Source of the DNA: a virus
Length of the DNA: 45,764 nt
Reading direction: 5' to 3' (one strand)
IMG/VR virus record: IMGVR_UViG_3300006052_000013
Shown here: positions 1 through 9,216 of the stretch, piece after piece
Layout of the letters: each line of letters starts with the position of its first letter
How positions within the stretch are numbered: position 1 is the first letter of the stretch
The notes under the pieces: model-generated
Database searches by the model: none
Told to the model about the DNA's origin: nothing
The model's input: the letters and a program-made list of their open reading frames with translations, nothing else
Position numbers and translations under genes: made by a program

Positions 1-336
1 AAGTGTGACGGCTCACGTTGCCGACGTTGAGGCGAAACGTGAACTCATCCACATAGCGATGCAGATGCTTCTTGGAAACTTGATGGTAAACGCCATAGAC
101 TCCACGCTTGAGCACAGCCCAGACGGATTCGATACTGTTCGTGCTGACTCCGTTCTCGGAGTAGATGCCAGCCGTGTGATTGATGGCTTCGTGGCGAAAG
201 AACAGACCGTCAAGACCGACATATCAGGACAGAATGCGCCGTCAGGCCAGAGCCGCGATTCCAGATAAATCCGTGCCGACTCAGGTGTCGGGAACATCTC
301 GAAGAGTTGGAAGGTACTGATTGTGCTTTTGCTCAT
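1..336 (-). pseudogene. IS1595/ISXO2-like transposase remnant (internal deletion, frame change, 3' end beyond window)
   Basis: N-terminus MSKST..FPTPESARIYLESRLWPDGAFCPD. Another frame then gives AINHTAGIYSENGVSTNSIESVWAVLKRGVYGVYHQVSKKHLHRYVDEFTFRLN, the family C-terminal block. The DDE core between them is missing. Confidence 0.6.
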
Positions 337-548
337 CGCAATATACTCCCTTGTAACTGTTTACGCTTGAGCCAATCCAGCGTCTTTAGCCCTAGATCGG
401 TGGCAGGATGCTTGTGAACCCAACGCTTGAGCAGTTGAACCGCGTCCAACAAGTCGGCGTGGTCGCTTATGGGATCACTAAAGCGTTCCGGCTTTTCCTC
501 GTTCCGAAATGGGTAATCAGGGCCGAATCCTGCATTCCGTGGGGTCAT
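333..548 (-). CDS. hypothetical protein
   Basis: Minus ORF abutting its neighbours; no family recognised. Confidence 0.45.
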   Translation of the reverse strand: MTPRNAGFGPDYPFRNEEKPERFSDPISDHADLLDAVQLLKRWVHKHPATDLGLKTLDWLKRKQLQGSILR

Positions 549-551
549 GGG

Positions 552-848
552 CTAGGCTCTCCTCGTAAGTTTGCCGAGTACGCGCTGTGCAGCAACTTGT
601 CGCCGTGGATCGCCTTCCCACCCATTCAAAGCAGTTTCAAGAACACTTTCAACCACGTCTGTCTCAAGCTCCGTGAAGACAAACTGATAACCCTTACGGT
701 AAGTGGGTGTGATTTCTTCGCGGCAGCGACCACATACGGTTATCTCTCGGCCTCCGATATATTCCTTTTTCCGCCCCCATTTAAGCTCATCATGGGTGCA
801 GGGCCTGAGCGGAGGGAAGTCATTAGCTTCGACGAACGTCATGCCCAC
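552..848 (-). CDS. hypothetical protein (CxxC..CxxC-containing)
   Basis: Minus ORF overlapping the upstream gene end by 10 nt; no family recognised. Confidence 0.5.
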   Translation of the reverse strand: MGMTFVEANDFPPLRPCTHDELKWGRKKEYIGGREITVCGRCREEITPTYRKGYQFVFTELETDVVESVLETALNGWEGDPRRQVAAQRVLGKLTRRA

Positions 849-1063
849 TCCTGCCAGTTCACGTTGTCACTAGCGTCGAAGGACTCTGGGAGTCCAATAG
901 CGTCAAGGAGCTTCGTATCGTGAACCAAAGACGGATAGCCCATCCGCTCCAAACCATCAGCGGATTCCTTCGCGGAGGCGCGATTAGGATACCGCTCGCC
1001 TACGCGATTCCACTTGAAGTTTTCCGTTCCGCCTGTGCGATAGATGACTGTGAAGGTTTGCAT
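839..1063 (-). CDS. hypothetical protein
   Basis: ATG preceded by the SD UAAGGAGAACACAAA; first gene after the promoter at 1088-1116. Confidence 0.6.
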   Translation of the reverse strand: MQTFTVIYRTGGTENFKWNRVGERYPNRASAKESADGLERMGYPSLVHDTKLLDAIGLPESFDASDNVNWQEWA

Positions 1064-1087
1064 TTTGTGTTCTCCTTAACTCCATCT

Positions 1088-1116
1088 ATAGTAGATAACT
1101 CGCTGCATTTTGTCAA
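1088..1116 (-). promoter_or_regulatory. sigma70-type promoter candidate (TTGACA-17-TACTAT)
   Basis: Minus-strand sense reads TTGACA AAATGCAGCGAGTTATC TACTAT, about 25 nt upstream of the SD of 839..1063. Confidence 0.5.
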
Positions 1117-1152
1117 GAACTTTAGTCGCTTTGTTCTGAAAGGGTTAGCGAC

Positions 1153-1263
1153 TCATGTATATAATTCCCCTAAAAAGGTAGCATCAAAGTCTTCCATTTT
1201 GTGCATGATGTCCATTAGTTGTTTGCTGTAATGGTCATCGTACAAACGCTGCATATCGTCCAT
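1153..1263 (-). CDS. small hypothetical protein (36 aa, MDDMQRLYDDHYSKQLMDIMHKMEDFDATFLGELYT)
   Basis: Below the ORF-track cutoff; ATG preceded by AAAGGAGAAUAAGCAA. Confidence 0.4.
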   Translation of the reverse strand: MDDMQRLYDDHYSKQLMDIMHKMEDFDATFLGELYT

Positions 1264-1283
1264 TTGCTTATTCTCCTTTTCTT

Positions 1284-1892
1284 TTAAAGTGACTCCCCCA
1301 AGATTTCCGCCAACCGCGGCGGTTGGTAATTAGGACCCTTGCCGCCGACTCCCACCTTCTGGCCATACTTCATTCCCGGAACATTCGATATGGTAGGAAC
1401 GGCCTTGGTCATGTTCGAGCGATGAATCTCGCGGAACACCGCGTCGAATGGGATCGACCAGGCGATCGCCCCGGTTACCAGGGCATTAAACATCGTTCGA
1501 AGACAGATTTCTACTCGATCCAAAGATTCTGGGTCCTCCGGATTGGTACTCATGATCGCCTCATGCACGACACATGAAAGAGTCCCGAGTTGTGCAGACA
1601 AAATATGTATGAGATGGCCCGCGGGAAACATCTCAAAAACATTTGCCGTTCCCCGGTTCATTCCGTAGGCGATCAGCGTTCCCATGATAACATACCCCAG
1701 GTCCCCCATCGCATCCGCGATTTCAAGGCGGTCATCGGCGAGGGTCGCCGCGGCCAACTCTCCCAATTCTTCGGTAATCAACCGAAGACGTAACAGTACC
1801 ACCGTGATGGGAATCGGCCCGCGGTCAGATCGCCGAAATTGATTGTACTTATCCTGAAATTCTTTCAAAAGGTCTTCATAGGATTGATGCAT
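1284..1892 (-). CDS. MazG-like all-alpha nucleoside triphosphate pyrophosphohydrolase
   Basis: LITEELGELAAA...EIADAMGDLGYVIMG acidic-helix motifs. Start reset to the ATG after AAAAAGGAGAAAGAC. Confidence 0.6.
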   Translation of the reverse strand: MHQSYEDLLKEFQDKYNQFRRSDRGPIPITVVLLRLRLITEELGELAAATLADDRLEIADAMGDLGYVIMGTLIAYGMNRGTANVFEMFPAGHLIHILSAQLGTLSCVVHEAIMSTNPEDPESLDRVEICLRTMFNALVTGAIAWSIPFDAVFREIHRSNMTKAVPTISNVPGMKYGQKVGVGGKGPNYQPPRLAEILGESL

Positions 1893-2338
1893 GTCTTTCT
1901 CCTTTTTTGGATTTCCTCCCACAAAATATGAAAGGCCTTGCCCTCGTAGATGGGAAAAGAACTGGTACGGTCGAGATAAATGTTCTCGTCGGCATTACAC
2001 CAGTTCGCCGCCTGAACCCCGGTAAAGATCATCGTGTTCCATCGCCTTAACCGAGTCTGGTGGAAAAAGATGATGTAGAATGACCCCGAACCATGGTAGT
2101 CGGACTTTGCCACAAAACGGAATTGCGGCCCCGGCCAACCCAAGAGTTTTCGCAAGTTAAAGGGATGTGGTTTGAGGTACTTCTCATACTTAACCTCCAC
2201 CCACATGGTAGTATGGCCTCCGACGACTGCCATATCTGGTATGCCGATGGTTGACTGGTCCGATAACTTGGTAATCTCACCCCGGTTTAACGGGGTAAGA
2301 TATGTTACCAAGTCGGCCGTGATCTTGGCCTCATTCAT
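1865..2338 (-). CDS. PD-(D/E)xK nuclease-fold protein (VRR-NUC-like)
   Basis: GIPDMAVV...MWVEVK fits the PD...(D/E)xK pattern. Confidence 0.45.
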   Translation of the reverse strand: MNEAKITADLVTYLTPLNRGEITKLSDQSTIGIPDMAVVGGHTTMWVEVKYEKYLKPHPFNLRKLLGWPGPQFRFVAKSDYHGSGSFYIIFFHQTRLRRWNTMIFTGVQAANWCNADENIYLDRTSSFPIYEGKAFHILWEEIQKRRKTCINPMKTF

Positions 2339-2619
2339 TTTCCCTCTGCGTAGAAACGGTGCTTTACCGTGGGGTCTTGAAGTTCAAAGTAATCCACGTA
2401 AACCCAGTCGGGGCGGCCGGGTACCGGCCGCGAGTTTTGATAGAGACTTCGTGCGCAATCCGGATGCAACCAGGCATTTTTACCGTTAAATCCCGGACCC
2501 ACGTACTCCATCTTCTTCAAAATAATGCCGAGACAGACGGGGCAAAAAGATGCTCGTTCTGCACGACCTTGTGATGGATTAGCCAACAGCATGCGCCGTG
2601 GCTTTTCTTTGTCGCTCAT
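2335..2619 (-). CDS. hypothetical protein
   Basis: 4-nt overlaps with both neighbours; Cys/His pairs (CPVC...HPDC). Confidence 0.5.
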   Translation of the reverse strand: MSDKEKPRRMLLANPSQGRAERASFCPVCLGIILKKMEYVGPGFNGKNAWLHPDCARSLYQNSRPVPGRPDWVYVDYFELQDPTVKHRFYAEGK

Positions 2620-2870
2620 TTATTCTCCTTCCTAAGATATTTTTGAATACATTTTTTGAACCTGTTGACGGCAAGGCCAAACTTGTAATTCAGCCGATCC
2701 AACTGCGCCTTATTCATGGTCTTCGCGCGGTTGTTGAGAATCTCCATCGCCTCGCACATCTTTTCGAGGTCAATGTCGTCCTTGTCGACGGCCTTGGCCA
2801 ACTCGCCACCAGTAAAAATTTTGTCATTTGATCCAAATGCACCAGGAAATGCACCCCATTGCTTATTCAT
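2616..2870 (-). CDS. hypothetical protein
   Basis: Coupled minus ORF; no family recognised. Confidence 0.5.
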   Translation of the reverse strand: MNKQWGAFPGAFGSNDKIFTGGELAKAVDKDDIDLEKMCEAMEILNNRAKTMNKAQLDRLNYKFGLAVNRFKKCIQKYLRKENK

Positions 2871-2882
2871 ATTTAACCTCTT

Positions 2883-3257
2883 TTATAAGGCAGCCGCCGC
2901 CGGTCGCCTTATTGGTATTGGTACGTTTCTTTTCCTTCCTCTTGTAGAGGTGCCATAATGAGGCGTTGTTTCGCCCAACTCTTTGAGAGATGCAGATGTT
3001 TTTAATTTGATACGATCGTCGTCATGGGTCCATCCAGTAAATCTGGAAAGCATCGTTCTAACGTCGTTCATACACACAGCATTCATGTTGCCCCAAAGAA
3101 TTCGAAAGCGAAGTTGACCATCTACAATCGTTTTATCAAAAATTTGACGATTATCCCGTTGCAATTCTTCAATTTCATCCCACCATTTCATCGCCAGTTC
3201 TTCATTGACATCTAATTCGCAATGTACAACAATCGCTAGTTTATCTTTTCCTCTCAC
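2883..3257 (-). CDS. hypothetical protein
   Basis: Start set to the GTG after GAAGGAGG, giving a GTGA overlap with the polymerase stop. Confidence 0.5.
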   Translation of the reverse strand: MRGKDKLAIVVHCELDVNEELAMKWWDEIEELQRDNRQIFDKTIVDGQLRFRILWGNMNAVCMNDVRTMLSRFTGWTHDDDRIKLKTSASLKELGETTPHYGTSTRGRKRNVPIPIRRPAAAAL

Positions 3258-5146
3258 TTTGCCTCCTTCCAATTCGCCCCGGTCTTTGCTTCCCAGAGAA
3301 TTGGAATTCTGAAATTGAAGTCCTGGGTGTTCAGCAACTCGTCCATATTTTTCAGATTCACTGGATCAGGGTCCTGATCACCATCAAACTCATCGTGAAC
3401 TACGAAACGCTCCGTATAATTTAACACCTTTCGCTCGCGGTGAACGATAAAAATTTTCTTTTTCATTACGTCGGCCGCGGTACCCTGGAGGATACGGTTG
3501 AGTGCCGAGTGCGGCTTATAGGCAATCTCCTCCATCAATCTGATCTTGGGGTCCTGACTGGATGGCTTCGTGAATTTCGCCCGCCGTCCCATAAAGGTCT
3601 TTACCCATCCTCGGTTCTCCGCCAGTTTTGTGGCCTGCCGAAGTAGCCTTCCCGCCTCGGGAAACTCGCTTTCGTAAGCATCGACGAACTTATCCGAGAT
3701 GCTTTGCAAAATGCCCAGTTGCAGGGCGATCTTCACCCGTCCGGCCCCGTACACCTTGGAAAAATTGATGGTCTTGGCCGGTTGCCGGTCGAAGTCCGGA
3801 ATCACGAGACGAATCAGGTCCCGAACCATATCATGAAAATCGACCCGCGGATTATCCCCGTATGCCTTATTTAGCTTTGGGGAATTGGCGTAGTGGGCAA
3901 ATAAGCGAAATTCAATCTGTGCCGCGTCGGCGCAGAGCCAAACTTTTCCGGGGGAGGGAATAAATAGTTCCCGGATTAACCAGTCGGGTCCCACGTCTCG
4001 AATCTGATCCTTAGTCCGCATGATCTGTTGGATATTGGCGCCGGGGATACCCTCGCCCGGACTGGCGGAAGAAAAGCGGCCACTGACCGTGCCCTTGTCA
4101 TCATTATTCGCCCGGAGTTGGTGCAGACTATACCGAAGAATATTTTTGTCATCCAGGGCCTTGAGATACTTCTTCAAATACTTAGACAATAATGAGGCGA
4201 TACGACGTGCCTTGACCGCAATTTGAATCTCGGGATTCGGAAGTTTGGCCAGATAGTCTCCCTCAAAACTATCCTGGCCCTTGTCGGTCCGGGGCGGGTC
4301 TATTCCCAAATAACGAAACATTCTTGACATGTCGGTGGAAGCATCGGGATTGACCCGGAATCCGACCCGTCGGTACAGTTCCATAATCAATTTATGGTAG
4401 GCGGCCTCGGCCTCCCGGACCCAACGCTCCAACTTAGGCCGGTCGATGAGCGCGCCGTTCCGTTCCATTGTGACCACGGCAAAAATGATGGAATCTTCCA
4501 AGTCAAGTACTTTATCCAGGTCATCTGACTTGATTGAATTTTTCAGTTTGCTTTCGATTCCATACCGCATTGCCATATCGAGTTGATAGACCCGTTGGGC
4601 ATCTATCTCGGCGTATGGCCCGACCATCGCGGCCGGCATATCGGCAATTTGGGACTTGTCATTTTTCCCGAGTTCCTGATCCTTTCCCACGATGCCCAGG
4701 ACGTCATTACACAAAATCTCTAAATTGAACTTGCGCCGGTATTCATCCAATAATGCCGCCTGGTAAGATACGTCATGGCACCGGTTACCGAGGGCCTCCA
4801 GATCAATACCCCAGTTATGAGTGACGTGGGTATCATACTTGGCATTTAACCAGGATATATCCTTGTCTCGGATTTCGCGTTCAAACCAGCGTTTTACCAG
4901 GCGTTCATCGAGGTTCCCTCCCCCGGCGTGACCAAAGGGAAGATACCATTTGTTTCCATCCTCCGTGTAAAAACTGTAACCCACGGGGCGGGCCGTGAAG
5001 GGATTCTTACTGGTGGCCTCGGAATCGGCCCACAACCACTTATACTTGCTCAGGTCGGGGAGAGACGGGGCGGTCCATTTCACGCCGTCCGATCTTTCCG
5101 CAAACCGAGCAAACATGTTTCCCGGCCTTACCGTGGGTAACTTCAT
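3254..5146 (-). CDS. family A (Pol I-type) DNA polymerase with 3'-5' exonuclease domain
   Basis: ADSEAT (Exo I), DAAQIEFRLFAHYA (motif A), PAKTINFSKVYGAG (motif B), VVHDEF (motif C). Start at MKLPTV forms an ATGA overlap with the upstream stop. Confidence 0.9.
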   Translation of the reverse strand: MKLPTVRPGNMFARFAERSDGVKWTAPSLPDLSKYKWLWADSEATSKNPFTARPVGYSFYTEDGNKWYLPFGHAGGGNLDERLVKRWFEREIRDKDISWLNAKYDTHVTHNWGIDLEALGNRCHDVSYQAALLDEYRRKFNLEILCNDVLGIVGKDQELGKNDKSQIADMPAAMVGPYAEIDAQRVYQLDMAMRYGIESKLKNSIKSDDLDKVLDLEDSIIFAVVTMERNGALIDRPKLERWVREAEAAYHKLIMELYRRVGFRVNPDASTDMSRMFRYLGIDPPRTDKGQDSFEGDYLAKLPNPEIQIAVKARRIASLLSKYLKKYLKALDDKNILRYSLHQLRANNDDKGTVSGRFSSASPGEGIPGANIQQIMRTKDQIRDVGPDWLIRELFIPSPGKVWLCADAAQIEFRLFAHYANSPKLNKAYGDNPRVDFHDMVRDLIRLVIPDFDRQPAKTINFSKVYGAGRVKIALQLGILQSISDKFVDAYESEFPEAGRLLRQATKLAENRGWVKTFMGRRAKFTKPSSQDPKIRLMEEIAYKPHSALNRILQGTAADVMKKKIFIVHRERKVLNYTERFVVHDEFDGDQDPDPVNLKNMDELLNTQDFNFRIPILWEAKTGANWKEAK

Positions 5147-5727
5147 AGAATCGAGTCTTTGCAAGGATACAAATAAAAACAAGCACTATCAATTACTTCC
5201 GTGGCATCTTTTAATGGATCGTGAAAAGCATTGGTAAGAATTCCACCGTTCTCTCTAACCCACAGGGTGTTTCCAATTCTCAATTGCCGGACGTTGTCCG
5301 GAGTCATTGAATGCTTTGGAAAAGATAAAAGAACCAAACCCCGGCGATCTCCGGGGTAATCTTCCAAAGCCACGATTCTTTTAATCGGCGTGTTGACTAT
5401 AGACTTTGCACAATTGAAACATGGAAAATTTGTGCAGTACATCGTCCAGGCTAAGTCTAGGCGATGACACGTAAGAATCGCATTTTGTTCTGCGTGCGTT
5501 GCCCAACAGGCCGTGTTTTCATTGCCAGAATCTCCGGGGGTTCGTTCCCCGGTGCAGGGGCTTCCTTCTGTTCCACAATGCGGTACACCCGAGCCAATTC
5601 CATTATATCCAGAAGATAGGATGGCCCCTCGAAGATCGGTGATAATGGCCCCGGTCTTTCGCCGGACACACGTGGCCCGTTCGGCCACCAATCGAAGGTG
5701 CCGAGTCCAGTATTGATCTATGTTCAT
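5143..5727 (-). CDS. dCMP deaminase
   Basis: HAEQNAI and PCFNCAKSI zinc-binding motifs; ATGA overlaps at both ends. Confidence 0.85.
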   Translation of the reverse strand: MNIDQYWTRHLRLVAERATCVRRKTGAIITDLRGAILSSGYNGIGSGVPHCGTEGSPCTGERTPGDSGNENTACWATHAEQNAILTCHRLDLAWTMYCTNFPCFNCAKSIVNTPIKRIVALEDYPGDRRGLVLLSFPKHSMTPDNVRQLRIGNTLWVRENGGILTNAFHDPLKDATEVIDSACFYLYPCKDSIL

Positions 5728-6557
5728 TTTCTCTCCTTCAAGATTGCAAGACACTTGTCGCTGCTTCCGGAGTGCAAGGCATCGGCGTATGCTTGCCAGG
5801 ATTTTGGCAAATTGGCAATATTGTGTAAAGTAAATTGGGCGTAGTCACGATATCCCAGATCGGGTAACCGCGGACTAATGACCATTTCCCCGGCCGGCGC
5901 CAACGCACAAGCGGCCGCCTCTTCCCAGTTATTTTGGTACAGGTGGGAAGAACCGAGATTCAAAACCAGGCTTCCGGGTTCTATTTTTAACTGCCCCGCC
6001 AGGCCATTAATAATCTGGCAAAAATTGAACACGTCGTGGGGAATTCCCAACCAGGCGTCGCTGGAACGCATATTAAAAATTCCATGTAGGTATTTGTCCC
6101 GAATCAAAAACTGACATGAAATTGTGCATGGAATATCTTTGGATCGACTTGGCATCGGGGTCCATATCGTTGCCACGGCCTGACGTGAGGATTCGTCGTG
6201 TTCTAATTGATGCAGAACGTAGTCCCATTGTTTGTGCAAGCGTGGCCCGTAGGCCCCGGCGAACACCCGGCCGTCATCCGAGTACTTGCAAATTTGCGAA
6301 TTGTACAGGGCCACGGTACCCACGTCTTCCCGGCCCGCGACGATCCATAGCCATTCTGCCAACATAAAGCGGTAGTTCAATTTTCTCATTGGAATATTCA
6401 TCACATTCCGGCGCACGTCGGAGATACCCAGACGAACTCCGATGAGTTCCTTGGTCATCATTTTGACTCGGCCAATCTCTACCATTTTGCCGCGGGTCAA
6501 AATCTCGTGTAACAGTAGGGGGTACAATTGATCGATGCTCGGCGCATTTATTTCCAT
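5724..6557 (-). CDS. ThyA-fold pyrimidine C5-modifying enzyme, predicted dCMP hydroxymethylase or dCMP methylase
   Basis: DIPCTISCQF (catalytic Cys region), MRSSDAWLGIPHDVFNF (RSxD..LG.P, with Asp where ThyA has Asn in PFNI), GSSHLY. Confidence 0.75.
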   Translation of the reverse strand: MEINAPSIDQLYPLLLHEILTRGKMVEIGRVKMMTKELIGVRLGISDVRRNVMNIPMRKLNYRFMLAEWLWIVAGREDVGTVALYNSQICKYSDDGRVFAGAYGPRLHKQWDYVLHQLEHDESSRQAVATIWTPMPSRSKDIPCTISCQFLIRDKYLHGIFNMRSSDAWLGIPHDVFNFCQIINGLAGQLKIEPGSLVLNLGSSHLYQNNWEEAAACALAPAGEMVISPRLPDLGYRDYAQFTLHNIANLPKSWQAYADALHSGSSDKCLAILKERK

Positions 6558-7462
6558 TTGAATTCCCTCACCTCTCTAAGTTTGTTGACAAATTCTGACC
6601 GGCGCTTTTGATGAAACCGGAAGAAACAGGCCGGGCGCATCAAGGATACAAAAGGTATGTCGGCCTTCCGGCAGGCCTCCTGGGCACTTTCTCCGAAGGC
6701 CAGGGCCACGGTCACTCCTCTCAGACGATCTGAGACCTGCCGAATATCCCGCGCATTTCCCTTGCGCGAAAATGTGTTGGTAAACATCAACTCATCTTCG
6801 TGATAGCCCGCCTCCCACAGGGCCTCGTTCAAGAATCGCGACGAATTTTTGGAATTGAAGAAAGGAAAATCTGTCTCGGTCCCATTGGTTCGTTCACCAA
6901 TTATCAGAAATCGGGCCGAGGGACATCCGATGGCCCAGGCCGGAAACGTTTCTTTGTTCATATCTCCCGACTTGAAATAATTCAGATACCAATTTTCAAT
7001 AGATATCTGAGTGTAGTCGAAGGTATGGTGGTAGGCCGATAGTCCCATAAACCGATGGTAACAATCTTTGAACTTACTCGCACTGCGCAGATAATCGTCC
7101 CCGGCCTCAAATTTCTTTTTCCAGTTCTGATAACATATCTCCCACGGCGGAGCGGCGATCACACACCTCACCGCCTGCGACCGGAATACCCGCCGGAACA
7201 TACGCATGCCGTAATAACCAACCCGATCATTATTCCGGGCGATGGGACCATAGATCATTTCCCCCAGATGAAACCGGTCAAAGACCACCGGCGATCGGCT
7301 ATGCATGGCCTTCCATAACTTTGCGGCGTAGTACTCGATCATGTCACCCTCGGCCGGCGGTGGTCCCTCATGAAAATATCTGAATCCCTTTTTAACAAGA
7401 TAGTTACACAAAGTCGTTTTTCCGGCGCCGTCCGGACCCTCAATAATCAATACTGGTGGCAT
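6548..7462 (-). CDS. P-loop dNMP/thymidylate-kinase-like domain fused to a UDG-superfamily-like domain
   Basis: N-terminus: IEGPDGAGKTT and DRF. C-terminus: FLIIGERTNGTETDFPFFNSKNSSRFLNEAL...FTN...ALAFGESA...LMRP, colinear with the family-4 UDG motifs GExPG..PF..G..L, N and HP. Confidence 0.55.
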   Translation of the reverse strand: MPPVLIIEGPDGAGKTTLCNYLVKKGFRYFHEGPPPAEGDMIEYYAAKLWKAMHSRSPVVFDRFHLGEMIYGPIARNNDRVGYYGMRMFRRVFRSQAVRCVIAAPPWEICYQNWKKKFEAGDDYLRSASKFKDCYHRFMGLSAYHHTFDYTQISIENWYLNYFKSGDMNKETFPAWAIGCPSARFLIIGERTNGTETDFPFFNSKNSSRFLNEALWEAGYHEDELMFTNTFSRKGNARDIRQVSDRLRGVTVALAFGESAQEACRKADIPFVSLMRPACFFRFHQKRRSEFVNKLREVREFKWK

Positions 7463-7711
7463 TTACTTATCCTCCTGTGTATGACATATACAAGGACAGT
7501 CTAATTTTGTACACATTTTATGTATGTGCGGGGGATTTTCTTTTTTACAACGAAAACTAAGTTTACCTTGGTAACCACCTTTTCCGCGTGGATTCGCAAC
7601 GCTGGGCAGTTTTGGACCCTGCTCACCCGGGGCATTCCCCTGGTACTTACCCCTTTTCGATGATCGCATATGCGCCAACATAGCAAAGTCTGTTTTAATT
7701 TCTTTGGTCAT
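7463..7711 (-). CDS. small basic Cys-rich protein
   Basis: Overlaps the helicase stop; C-terminal CTKLDCPCICH. Confidence 0.45.
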   Translation of the reverse strand: MTKEIKTDFAMLAHMRSSKRGKYQGNAPGEQGPKLPSVANPRGKGGYQGKLSFRCKKENPPHIHKMCTKLDCPCICHTQEDK

Positions 7712-9216
7712 AGTTCGTATACCAATTGATCATTTGGCATCAAAGTCAATAATTCTTCTTTGGCCCGCGTTATACCCACGTACCAAACACGATGCTCGGA
7801 ATCCTCGTCTCGTACCAAGGATTCAAAACTTTTCCGTAACATGCAAACATCCAGAATAACCCGGTCTGCCTGACCTCCCTTTGACTGATGTATTGACATA
7901 AGCCGGGTGCGGGGATGTAAGAGGGCATCCCAACCATGCGCCGCCACGATTCCCAGGGTATAGTTAATCCCATCGGCCTTCAATACTTTTGCCAATAACC
8001 GGGGCCATTCTTTTCCCTCGGGCATCTTCTGTAATACGGCATCCGGCCGGATCAATTTTTCTTTCAAATTTTTTGCCTCGGGTTTCAGGTTATCTACTCC
8101 GACCAGGGCCGATACGGCGCGGGCCTCGGCCGGAGACCACAAGGCATTCGTAGTTGTTTTATGCCATGCCGTCAATACATTACGCACCTCCGGGCGCGCC
8201 AAGATAGAATGAGGCCCATCAAAAGGTATACCGGCGGCTTCCATTTCCTGGGCTAACAACATGCCGCGATAATGATTGCGAAAGAGCACAAAAGTGGAAG
8301 TGTCAATAAATTCCTTTTTCTCAATCGTATCTATGGCGTGAATTTCTCTTACCTGGCCTTCTTCGTCACGGGGCCGTAACGGCTTTTTGACCCGTGCCCG
8401 TACTTTCTGGATCACCTGTTGCGCCTGGGTAAAAACGCGGCGTGGCAGACGATAAGTAATGTCTAAAAATTGTTGTTCATCATATCTCTCTTTGATGAAT
8501 CTTTCGGGCGAGGCGCCGGCCCACTGAAAGATGGCCTGGTCATCGTCCCCGGCGAGGTACCATCGGGCGGCCTCGGAACCAAGTCGGTGAATCACATCCC
8601 ACTGCAATACTGATAAATCCTGGGCCTCGTCGACGAACATCACGTCGATGGGCAGGGGTTTTCCCACGGCCAGAAAGGTGGTGAGAATATCGGTATAGTC
8701 ATACATGGCCTCGGAATCTTTCCACCTTCGGTAAGAATCGGTAAACCACTTGGCAAAGTAGTGGTCGATATTGATATTGACATCTTGCAGAGATTCTTTT
8801 AGGCCGATACGGCGGTGCCGGCCCCGATGGTTCAACTGCAATAACATGTCGGCCTGGGTTGCCATCGGTTGGTACTCGGGTATCTCCCATTCTTCCGCGG
8901 CCCAGGGGTCGATAGGTAAATGATTGATCTTGATACCGATGGATCGGCCAAATTCTTTTACATCACGGGTCTGGACCATTTGCCCCTGGGCAAAACTCAT
9001 TTGTCGGTAACAAATGGAATGGATAGTTCGCAGGTATGGCAACTCTTCCTGGATCTTACCGCTCCGGCCGAGGGCCTCAAATTTTGCCGACCGAGTGAAG
9101 GTCAAAAAGGCGATCCGGTCCGCGGGAGTATGAACTAACTCCTTTTCAAATAATTCCAACAGAGTACGTGTTTTACCCGTGCCGGGGGGACCGTAAAGTT
9201 TAAGTACCTGAGACAT
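7708..9216 (-). CDS. SF1 (UvrD/Rep-type) DNA helicase
   Basis: GPPGTGKT, FVDEAQD, AGDDDQAIF, ITYRLPR, SIHQSKGGQAD, YVGITRAKEEL. Confidence 0.85.
   Translation of the reverse strand: MSQVLKLYGPPGTGKTRTLLELFEKELVHTPADRIAFLTFTRSAKFEALGRSGKIQEELPYLRTIHSICYRQMSFAQGQMVQTRDVKEFGRSIGIKINHLPIDPWAAEEWEIPEYQPMATQADMLLQLNHRGRHRRIGLKESLQDVNINIDHYFAKWFTDSYRRWKDSEAMYDYTDILTTFLAVGKPLPIDVMFVDEAQDLSVLQWDVIHRLGSEAARWYLAGDDDQAIFQWAGASPERFIKERYDEQQFLDITYRLPRRVFTQAQQVIQKVRARVKKPLRPRDEEGQVREIHAIDTIEKKEFIDTSTFVLFRNHYRGMLLAQEMEAAGIPFDGPHSILARPEVRNVLTAWHKTTTNALWSPAEARAVSALVGVDNLKPEAKNLKEKLIRPDAVLQKMPEGKEWPRLLAKVLKADGINYTLGIVAAHGWDALLHPRTRLMSIHQSKGGQADRVILDVCMLRKSFESLVRDEDSEHRVWYVGITRAKEELLTLMPNDQLVYEL

Noticed and set aside
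5121-5140. cccggccttaccgtgggtaac inside the polymerase start region, which resembles the junction-motif 3' half
   Set aside because: It lacks the complementary arm and the GGCCCTC flank and lies in coding sequence (KLPTVRPG), so it is probably chance.
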